Shown: one piece after another, positions 53,985 through 61,430 of the stretch
Layout: every line of letters starts with the position of its first letter
Position numbering within the stretch: the first letter of the stretch is position 1
DNA from: Candidatus Roizmanbacteria bacterium UBA6242
Lineage (GTDB): Bacteria; Patescibacteriota; Microgenomatia; UBA1406; GWC2-37-13
Reading direction: 5' to 3'
Length of the DNA: 64,000 nt
Assembly (NCBI GenBank): GCA_002440905.1
Contig: DJWA01000002.1
Location: 192,065 to 256,064 of the forward strand
The notes under the pieces: generated by a model
Told to the model about the DNA's origin: nothing
Databases searched by the model: none
What the model saw: only the letters and a program-made list of their open reading frames with translations
Program-made: the position numbers and the translations under genes

Positions 53985-56195
53985 ATGAACCAAGGCTTGA
54001 GATCATTATTTGGGCTTATATTCAAGGGACTATATCACATTGCCTCTTTTTTTATCAAAATAGGCGAAATAACCCAGAAATTATTCTATTTTCTGGCGTT
54101 CATTCCTAAAAAATACTTTTTCTTTTTGAAAAATAAGACCACCGGTTTTTTGAGACGATTAAAATCGCTTAAGATGCCGGCCTTATCCGTCAAGTTACCC
54201 AAACTCATAATCCCGAAGATCAACCTGAGTTTTATCACCACACGGGTTCGCTACTTCTCCTTGGGGGTTATCGGGACACTTATTGTCATTGGGGTTTGGC
54301 AGGGTTACATTTTTGTCAAGGAATTACCATCACCCTATAGTATCGGTAAGATCAATTATCCAGTCTCGTCGCTCATATACGACCGTAATGGAAAATTATT
54401 GTATGAAATATATAAAAGCCAAAATAGGACTCCGGTAACTCTTTCACAGCTTCCGACATACGTTGTCAATTCAACAATCGCCATAGAAGATAAGGACTTT
54501 TATAATCACAACGGCGTAGCTTTATTTTCCGGCGTTTTAAGGGCTATTAGGGAAACAGTCATTACAAAAAGTCTTCAGGGAGGGTCAACGATAACTCAGC
54601 AGCTTGTAAAAAGCGCTCTCCTGACGCCGGAACGCACGATCGAACGCAAGGCTAAGGAAATTATTTTGGCGTTGTGGACCGAAAGGATTTATAGCAAAGA
54701 CAAGATTCTTGAGATGTATTTGAATCAGGTCCCGTACGGCGGGAGCTCTTATGGCATACAGGAAGCGGCTAAAACATATTTCGGACATGACGCTAAGGAC
54801 CTGACTCTCGAAGAGGCTGCACTTCTGGCCGGGTTGCCGCAGGCACCCTCAATATATTCTCCGTACAGCAATCCTGAAGCCGCCAAAAGGAGACGAAACG
54901 AAGTGCTGGTGGCCATGGAAGATAACGGTTATATTGACGCTCAAGCTAGAGTAAGAGCGCAAAATTCTCCAATTGAAGTTCTTCCGCCAAAAACATCGAT
55001 CAAGGCGCCTCATTTTGTTTTTTACGTAAAGAGCCAACTTGAAGATACCTATGGAATCTCAACAGTTGAGGAAGGCGGATTGCGGGTCACAACGACTCTT
55101 GACCTTGATATCCAAACAGAAGTCGAAACGATCCTAAGAGAAGAACTGGAGAAGGTTCAATATCTAAATGTTACAAATGGAGCGGTGTTGGTCACAAGGC
55201 CGCAAACGGGAGAGATTATCGCCATGGTCGGGTCACGTGACTATTTTGAGGATAACGTTGGGGCTTTTAATGTAACAACCGCCTTGCGGCAACCGGGAAG
55301 CTCGATTAAACCCATTATGTATGCTCTATCTCTTCAAAAAGGATTCACAGCCGCATCAATCATCGACGATTCACCCGTTAAGTTTAATATACCCGGATCA
55401 TCCCCTTATATGCCCGTTAACTACGACGGAATATTTCATGGAAGGGTTACATTAAGAATGGCTTTGGCTAATTCGTATAATATACCGGCCGTCAAAACCT
55501 TAGAAAAAGTAGGCGTTCCTGATTTTATTGACTTTGCCGAAAAACTCGGGATTTCCACCTGGAACGACCGTTCAAGATATGGGCTTTCTCTAACACTGGG
55601 CGGAGGAGAGGTAACCATGCTTGACATGGCCTCTGCATACGGCGTACTCGCCAATAATGGCTACAAAATAAAACCGAGCTACTTCCTAAAAATAGAAGGG
55701 GCTGACGGAGGTGAAGAACGGGAGTTTCACCCCTTTAAGATAAGGGAAATTGATCCTTCGGTTTCGTATATAATCTCAGATATACTTTCGGATAATTTTG
55801 CTAGGATTTCGGCATTTGGTCCCGGTTCTGCGCTCGAAATTCCAGGCTACAAAGTAGCCGTCAAAACCGGAACTACCGACAGCAAAAAAGACAACTGGAC
55901 AATCGGTTATAATCCAGATTTTCTGGTAACGGTTTGGGTCGGAAATAACGATAATTCACCAATGAATCCTTATCTTTCATCTGGTGTTACCGGTGCTGCC
56001 CCTATATGGAACCGTGTAATGAGCTACTTGTTGAAAAACTATTCAAGCGGAAATAAATGGTATGAGCAACCGGAAAACGTCGTGTCAAAAAATTGTTTTT
56101 TTGGAAGAAAAGAATTCTTCGTCCGGGGCACTGAGGACAAAGTTAATTGCGGAGAGAAGCTCGGTGTAACAGGATCACCAACGCCCTCACTTTAA
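53985..56195 (+). CDS. Bifunctional class A penicillin-binding protein (PBP1A type: glycosyltransferase 51 + transpeptidase)
   Basis: 'EDKDFYNHNG', 'GGSTITQQLVK', 'KILEMYLNQVPYG', 'PGSSIKP' (SxxK), 'SYN' (SxN) and 'KTGTT'. Confidence 0.92.
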   Translation: MNQGLRSLFGLIFKGLYHIASFFIKIGEITQKLFYFLAFIPKKYFFFLKNKTTGFLRRLKSLKMPALSVKLPKLIIPKINLSFITTRVRYFSLGVIGTLIVIGVWQGYIFVKELPSPYSIGKINYPVSSLIYDRNGKLLYEIYKSQNRTPVTLSQLPTYVVNSTIAIEDKDFYNHNGVALFSGVLRAIRETVITKSLQGGSTITQQLVKSALLTPERTIERKAKEIILALWTERIYSKDKILEMYLNQVPYGGSSYGIQEAAKTYFGHDAKDLTLEEAALLAGLPQAPSIYSPYSNPEAAKRRRNEVLVAMEDNGYIDAQARVRAQNSPIEVLPPKTSIKAPHFVFYVKSQLEDTYGISTVEEGGLRVTTTLDLDIQTEVETILREELEKVQYLNVTNGAVLVTRPQTGEIIAMVGSRDYFEDNVGAFNVTTALRQPGSSIKPIMYALSLQKGFTAASIIDDSPVKFNIPGSSPYMPVNYDGIFHGRVTLRMALANSYNIPAVKTLEKVGVPDFIDFAEKLGISTWNDRSRYGLSLTLGGGEVTMLDMASAYGVLANNGYKIKPSYFLKIEGADGGEEREFHPFKIREIDPSVSYIISDILSDNFARISAFGPGSALEIPGYKVAVKTGTTDSKKDNWTIGYNPDFLVTVWVGNNDNSPMNPYLSSGVTGAAPIWNRVMSYLLKNYSSGNKWYEQPENVVSKNCFFGRKEFFVRGTEDKVNCGEKLGVTGSPTPSL

Positions 56196-57454
56196 ACGGG
56201 TTTATTCTTCGGAGTTATTTTGTCAAATCCCAGCATGGGTTGGAGTACCTTCGGAATAAGGACGCTACCATCTTTTTCTTGATAATTTTCAAGAATCGCG
56301 ATAATTATACGGGGTGACGGTATTGCGGTATCGTTAAGAGAGAAGCAGTAGTCGGTCGACTGGTCTTTCTTTCGATACTTAATCTTTAGTCGTCTTGTCT
56401 GGAAGTCCCCCATAATGGAATTTGAGGCTATTTCTCCGTATCCGTTTTTGTAAGGCATCCATATTTCCGTATCATATTTTTTAACTTGAGGTTCACCCAT
56501 ATCACCTGTACACATAAGGAGCTTTCGGTAAGGAATTTCAAAATCCCGAATTATTTCTTCGGTATTGTTTTGAAGCTCTTCGTGAAGCACTTTGGCGCCT
56601 TCCATATCATTTTTTGCGATTATAACCTGTTCAACTTTCCAAAACTCATGAAGACGATATAATCCTTTGGTATCTTTTCCATAACTCCCAGCCTCTCTCC
56701 TGAAGCATGGAGAAAAAGCAACGAATTTTTTTGGAAGCTGTTCTTCCTTAAGAATCTCAGATGAGTAATAGGATGTGATCGGGACTTCGGCCGTTCCGGA
56801 AAGATAGGCGTCCTCATCGTTGAGTTTATAGACTTCTTGTTCACCCCAAGGAAACTGTGCGGCGCCAAAAAGAGTATATCCTTTGACAATTGCCGGGGCA
56901 ATCATCGGCGTATAACCTTTTTTTGCAATCTTGTTGAAGACGTAATTAAGAATCGCCATATGTAGTAAAGCGCCTTCATTTTTTAGGAAATATCCTCGGA
57001 ATCCCGAAACTTTAGCACCTCTTTCCAAGTCGATAATATCAAGAGATAAGCCCAAATCCATATGCGATCGGGGATTAAAGTCAAACTTTTTTGGTTCTCC
57101 CCACTTTTTGACTTCTACGTTTCCGGTCTCATCTCGGCCAATTGGAACCTCGTCCAAGGGAATGTTGGGGACATGGCTAATCAGTTTTTCAAGTTCTGTT
57201 TCTGTCTTTGCCAAATTATCCTCAAGTTTCTTGAGCTCCTCTTTGATTTCTTTACCTCTTACGATGATGTCGGGTGTTGGTTTAGTTTTTCCAGCTTTAT
57301 TCCTCTCTTCGCGAAGGATTTGGATCTTTTGGATGACGGCCCGTCTTTCGTCGTCGAGGTTAATGATACCATCAACATCCACCTGACGATTTTTATTTTT
57401 GGCGGCTTCAATTACCTTATCTTTGTTATTCCTTATATAGTCTATTGACAGCAT
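56192..57454 (-). CDS. serS: Serine--tRNA ligase
   Basis: N-terminal coiled coil, 'FRGYFLKNEGA', 'CFRREAGSYGKDTKGLYRLHEF.KVE' and 'NDTAIPSPRIIIAILEN'. Confidence 0.96.
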   Translation of the reverse strand: MLSIDYIRNNKDKVIEAAKNKNRQVDVDGIINLDDERRAVIQKIQILREERNKAGKTKPTPDIIVRGKEIKEELKKLEDNLAKTETELEKLISHVPNIPLDEVPIGRDETGNVEVKKWGEPKKFDFNPRSHMDLGLSLDIIDLERGAKVSGFRGYFLKNEGALLHMAILNYVFNKIAKKGYTPMIAPAIVKGYTLFGAAQFPWGEQEVYKLNDEDAYLSGTAEVPITSYYSSEILKEEQLPKKFVAFSPCFRREAGSYGKDTKGLYRLHEFWKVEQVIIAKNDMEGAKVLHEELQNNTEEIIRDFEIPYRKLLMCTGDMGEPQVKKYDTEIWMPYKNGYGEIASNSIMGDFQTRRLKIKYRKKDQSTDYCFSLNDTAIPSPRIIIAILENYQEKDGSVLIPKVLQPMLGFDKITPKNKPV

Positions 57455-57465
57455 AGTTTATTCAC

Positions 57466-58080
57466 TTATATTATCAGATCCGTCATTTTTTTTGTTAGCC
57501 TCTTTAAAGCGATTAGCCGGTGGTTAATTAAGTTGTGTTCATGGACCGTTAGGTCGTCATAGTATTTATTAAATCGGTCAACAACCAGAAGTGCCCGGTA
57601 GGGGAATCCCCTCTCATATTTGTTGAAGGGCTTATTTGCTAGGTGACCGTCGATCCTTTCGTTTTCAAATATACTATTTTTCGTTACCGGATCGTAAAAA
57701 CAAAGAAATAATTCAAGATATGCTTGTCTTTTATCGTGTGGGACGCCCATTAGTCTTTTTAATGTGTATGAAATGAGCTCCTCGTCGGTTGCTTTACGAC
57801 CTAACCATCGGGATGATCTGACACCAGGTTCGTTATTTAAGTAGGGAATAACCAGTCCTCCATCATCTGAAAGCACTGGAAATCCAACCTTTTCTGCATA
57901 ATACTTGGCTTTAATAAAGGAGTTTTCTTTAAAAGTTGCGCCGGTTTCTTCTGGTTCCTCCTCCACCCTAACGTCGTTTAATGTAAGTAACTCAATCCCT
58001 TTCATTTTGAGTTCCTTTAATCCGAACTTAAGTTCATTAATTTTTGCCGGGTTATGGGTTGCAATCAATAGCCTACTCAT
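57466..58080 (-). CDS. rdgB: Non-canonical purine NTP pyrophosphatase (RdgB/HAM1 family)
   Basis: 'LLIATHNPAKINE', 'EETGATFKENS.IKA', 'SDDGGL' and 'GFPY'. Confidence 0.88.
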   Translation of the reverse strand: MSRLLIATHNPAKINELKFGLKELKMKGIELLTLNDVRVEEEPEETGATFKENSFIKAKYYAEKVGFPVLSDDGGLVIPYLNNEPGVRSSRWLGRKATDEELISYTLKRLMGVPHDKRQAYLELFLCFYDPVTKNSIFENERIDGHLANKPFNKYERGFPYRALLVVDRFNKYYDDLTVHEHNLINHRLIALKRLTKKMTDLII

Positions 58081-58115
58081 AATTTATTAATTATAGCCTA
58101 ATCTAACAATGAAAA

Positions 58116-58144
58116 TTGAAATACAGATTATCTTATAGTATAAT
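58116..58144 (+). promoter_or_regulatory. Near-consensus sigma70 promoter TTGAAA-N17-TATAAT
   Basis: Hexamers and the 17-nt spacer were counted base by base. The -10 box ends 5 nt before ATG 58150, so a leaderless mRNA is predicted. Confidence 0.6.
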
Positions 58145-58149
58145 TAAAC

Positions 58150-59412
58150 ATGTCGCTTGCTGAAGCTTCAAAATTTGAAAGTATTATTGCTAAACCCACT
58201 CCAAAGCTCCTTATTGTACCGGAAACAGATGAATACACAGACTATAAGTCATATAGAGGCTTTGTTAAGTCCGGATTCAAGGAGACGACTCGCCGACACC
58301 TGGATATAGTAAACGGCGTAGATTTCAGCTGTTTAAATGAAAAACAAAGAAGAAAAATGTCGGATATTATAACGCTTCTCAATCGGGCTTGGAACTGGTA
58401 CGAAAATGCTCTTGATAGGGAGTGGAATTCGCAGGATGCAATAAACGATTCCAGTGATTTTTTCAACAACTTAGGTGTTTTTCATTTTCCTGAGTCAATA
58501 GGTCCAATGATGTATAGCGCGCGCATTGAAAAGCTGGAAGATTTTTTTAAACAATATTTGTCTAAGTCGGACGGACCAACAGTAGTCTTGTCTGAAACTC
58601 ATGCGACAACTACCCCTCTAATGAGAATTCTCAAGCAAGCCAATCCTAACTCGAAAATAGGCATGTTTGTTTTCGATACCCACCTAGATACCGATCCAGG
58701 GCCAGCCAGCGATGTCCCAAGAAAGTCGAATACCTTAAGGTTGTTGGTCGAAAAAGACAGAAATGGCAGGGCGCCGGTTGTTGACAAATTAACCGTAATT
58801 GGGGTTCCGGATAAAATTGAATTAGACCACCGTGGAAGCTCTTGGGGAATTGAAAAATTCAATGGCAAGGTGAATGTTGTTGCCGAGGAGGAGCTATTTG
58901 GTGAGGATCCGCATACTATGTCTTTTTCGAAAAAAGCCCTTTCAAGAATCGTATATAAAGAAATTCTAGAGATGAAAAAGGCGGGGATAACCAATGTCAT
59001 GTTATCGGTAGATCTTGACGTTCTAAAAAGTGGTGTTCTAGGACTTACAGGGTTTGAATACTCGGCATTTCATGCTCTACTTTACCTGGCAGGACAAAGA
59101 GATATTCAAGTATACAGAGACCTTCCAGGAATGATTTACAGTCTTTTGACAAATACTGGTTTTGCTGGTGAGATCAATGGTTCAATAATAGACTATCCAA
59201 TCACTCTTGGAGGTAGGGGTTTGTCCGTATTATATCTTACTCACGGATTGGAGGTTATAAGAGAGACCTGTCGAGAGTTAGGAATAGAATTTGGACTTAA
59301 GTACGAAGGTGCTCACGTGTTAGGAGATATAGTTGAGTTATCGGGTCCCGACTATATGGATAAAACTAAAAGAGCAGCTCTCGAAATAGCCCGAGCAATG
59401 TTGCCTAAATAA
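58150..59412 (+). CDS. Divergent arginase/ureohydrolase-fold metallohydrolase with an N-terminal extension of about 140 aa
   Basis: Metal-ligand-like motifs occur in canonical order: 'VVLSETHATT' (GGDHS position), 'MFVFDTHLDTD' (DAHxD) and 'MLSVDLDVL' (SxDxD). Confidence 0.55.
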   Translation: MSLAEASKFESIIAKPTPKLLIVPETDEYTDYKSYRGFVKSGFKETTRRHLDIVNGVDFSCLNEKQRRKMSDIITLLNRAWNWYENALDREWNSQDAINDSSDFFNNLGVFHFPESIGPMMYSARIEKLEDFFKQYLSKSDGPTVVLSETHATTTPLMRILKQANPNSKIGMFVFDTHLDTDPGPASDVPRKSNTLRLLVEKDRNGRAPVVDKLTVIGVPDKIELDHRGSSWGIEKFNGKVNVVAEEELFGEDPHTMSFSKKALSRIVYKEILEMKKAGITNVMLSVDLDVLKSGVLGLTGFEYSAFHALLYLAGQRDIQVYRDLPGMIYSLLTNTGFAGEINGSIIDYPITLGGRGLSVLYLTHGLEVIRETCRELGIEFGLKYEGAHVLGDIVELSGPDYMDKTKRAALEIARAMLPK

Positions 59413-59419
59413 AATGGTC

Positions 59420-59448
59420 TTGATTTTTTATTTAAAATGCTTTAAGAT
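59420..59448 (+). promoter_or_regulatory. Candidate promoter TTGATT-N17-TAAGAT
   Basis: Read directly. The -10 box ends 5 nt before ATG 59454. Confidence 0.3.
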
Positions 59449-59453
59449 TCAAT

Positions 59454-59540
59454 ATGGAACACCTTAGAAGTTCTTACAATAAAATTACCGCCCTGAAAAG
59501 AGCGGCTTTTTGTTTTTATGAAGAGAAAGCACAGATATAA
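59454..59540 (+). CDS. Candidate leaderless 28-codon small ORF / leader peptide (MEHLRSSYNKITALKRAAFCFYEEKAQI)
   Basis: Hand translated. Its geometry relative to the -10 box is the same as at 58150. There is no SD and no conservation evidence. Confidence 0.2.
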   Translation: MEHLRSSYNKITALKRAAFCFYEEKAQI

Positions 59541-59574
59541 ATTAATGCCTCGGGTGTTACACCCGTAGAGCGCG

Positions 59575-59598
59575 CCCGCCTTTTTGGCGGGTTTTTTT
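59575..59598 (+). terminator. Intrinsic terminator (or attenuator) CCCGCC-TTTTT-GGCGGG-T7
   Basis: 6-bp all-GC stem with a 5-nt loop and a run of seven T residues. It ends 3 nt before ATG 59602. Confidence 0.7.
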
Positions 59599-59601
59599 GT
59601 T

Positions 59602-61047
59602 ATGGAAGCCAAATCAAAAATATTTTCATTACTTACAGAAAAAGGTAGACTATCTGAGTTTATCGCCTTAACAGCCTCTAATCTGGAAGTAGAGCAATTA
59701 AGCAAAATAAAGAAAATAGTTCTAAGAACGGGTACAAGAAAGGCTGAGTTTTTTCAGCAACGACTTGGAAAATTTAGAAATCATGAAGGCGAACCGATTC
59801 CTAATGAAGTCAGAGAGTCTGTTTGGGATGAGGACGCCCATGGCGCTGCTTACATGATGCCGGGGATGAGAGCAACGCTTAAGTCGGCCGTTGAGATAAA
59901 AAACTCACAAGAGGAAGCAGTTGACGGAGAGCTACATTTGTCTGGAGATGTAGAAACAAGGCACGGAGACGTTCTTTTAACCAAGGCCAAGCCAGGGAGT
60001 TCTCCCGAGGATATCGTCTTTAATATTGCAGGAATGTTAACTAAAGAGGAAAGCGTATTTAACGTCAGATCAAGTATGGCTGGCTTATTGAAGGATGTCA
60101 ATCGAGGGGCGGTACTGACAGAAAGTCATCGGTTTAAGGTAGACAAGTTTACGTTAGATGAAATCAGCGAATATGTCATGAGCCTTACTCCACAACAACT
60201 GCAAAGAGCTCCGGCAGGAATTCTCTGGCCTCACCCACTTATAATATCCCGTATTAAGGAGATAGACGGTGTTATGAGAGGCGAGGAGGGATTCGAACAG
60301 AAAACGATCTCCCTTTTTAACTCTCTCCTCAATATTCCTGATAATCTGGACGTCTTATTGAGATATCTTGATAATGTTAATATCATGAAGCCTTTAAATA
60401 ATGACGGCAATCTTTATAGATATTTAGTCGATTCAGCTGAAAAGCCACTGATTGATCAAAATGAGGTTATAAAAGGAAATTGGTCCGAAATAATCCCACT
60501 TTCAAATGGCGAGGTAATGTCCTTAGAATCCGTATCGGATGATGATTTTGAGCCAATCAGTCGACTCGCTGAAAATAATTTTAGAAATGCTCCAAATTAT
60601 AGCTATCTTCAGGGCGAGGATAATAAAGTGGAGTTGGCTAAGTTTATCGAGGCTAATTCGCCAACTAATGTAAAGCAGTTGTGTGAAACACCGCAACAGT
60701 TATGTAATTTAGTTGCCAAAATTAATGACGAAGTGGTGGGATATAGGGTTGTGAGAAAAAGAGTGGATGAAGAGAAGCAACTGATAATTGCCGATGGAAG
60801 AAGAATGCACGTTGCCTTGGGTAAAGATGGAATGGGTTTGGGTACGATTCTTCTTAAGAGGTCAGAACAGATTGCCAAACAGCAGGGCTGTCAGATAATG
60901 GAAATCCATGCAACCGGCACCTCTCATGAATGGTTTATGAGACAAGGATATACGTTAAAATCTCAAGTTGCCAACGGGCGTGGAGTATTTAAAGACAAAC
61001 CTTCGGTCTTTTTTCTGATGACAAAAGATATGGAAAAAGTTGTTTAA
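59602..61047 (+). CDS. Large protein: unknown N-terminal region of about 350 aa plus a C-terminal GNAT acetyltransferase domain
   Basis: C-terminal 'VVGYRVVRKR...HVALGKDGMGLGTILLKRSEQIAKQQGCQIMEIHA...WFMRQGY' (GNAT motif A). ATG 59602 is preferred over TTG 59584, which lies inside the terminator hairpin. Confidence 0.55.
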   Translation: MEAKSKIFSLLTEKGRLSEFIALTASNLEVEQLSKIKKIVLRTGTRKAEFFQQRLGKFRNHEGEPIPNEVRESVWDEDAHGAAYMMPGMRATLKSAVEIKNSQEEAVDGELHLSGDVETRHGDVLLTKAKPGSSPEDIVFNIAGMLTKEESVFNVRSSMAGLLKDVNRGAVLTESHRFKVDKFTLDEISEYVMSLTPQQLQRAPAGILWPHPLIISRIKEIDGVMRGEEGFEQKTISLFNSLLNIPDNLDVLLRYLDNVNIMKPLNNDGNLYRYLVDSAEKPLIDQNEVIKGNWSEIIPLSNGEVMSLESVSDDDFEPISRLAENNFRNAPNYSYLQGEDNKVELAKFIEANSPTNVKQLCETPQQLCNLVAKINDEVVGYRVVRKRVDEEKQLIIADGRRMHVALGKDGMGLGTILLKRSEQIAKQQGCQIMEIHATGTSHEWFMRQGYTLKSQVANGRGVFKDKPSVFFLMTKDMEKVV

Positions 61048-61064
61048 AAATTTTATAATTTAAT

Positions 61065-61427
61065 ATGGCTTTATACACAAAGTCTATTCAGGCCAGACCG
61101 TCAAAAAATGACGGTATTAGGATTTGTATCATGAGGCGTCCGGATTCGTGGGCGGTTTATGATATTTGGATGCCGGTTCTCTCTCCATCACACAAGCTTC
61201 TAGATGACGCTCATTCTAAAGTGGTCGATTGGAATGGCTATGTGAAAAGATTTTCCAAAGAGGTAATTAGAGGAAAAAGAGAGCACATTAAGTTATTAAT
61301 AGACATGGCTAAAAAAAGGAAAATAACTATACTTTGTTGGGAAAAGGAACCGGAGCACTGTCATCGAAGATTAGTCGCTGAAGAATGCAAAAAAATAGAT
61401 CCTAGTTTAAAAGTAGTATTAAAATAA
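61065..61427 (+). CDS. DUF488 family protein
   Basis: 'GIRICIMRRP', 'W...LSPS..LL' and 'ITILCWEKEPEHCHRRLVAE' (the conserved C-x-E...CHR motif). Confidence 0.6.
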   Translation: MALYTKSIQARPSKNDGIRICIMRRPDSWAVYDIWMPVLSPSHKLLDDAHSKVVDWNGYVKRFSKEVIRGKREHIKLLIDMAKKRKITILCWEKEPEHCHRRLVAEECKKIDPSLKVVLK

Positions 61428-61430
61428 ATA

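Noticed and set aside
59413-59601. Assignment of the structured spacer to a known riboswitch class (ZTP-like 'CCGCC', preQ1-I, guanidine-II/III, fluoride were considered).
   Set aside because: Only trivial short matches exist. The conserved cores of these classes as I remember them are not present. The spacer is kept as an unclassified candidate leader instead.
59442-59705. 87-aa minus-strand ORF spanning the 59.4-59.6 kb spacer.
   Set aside because: It runs antisense through the promoter, hairpin and terminator elements and into the 5' end of the + strand GNAT-fusion gene. It has no start context or motifs and is more likely non-coding.
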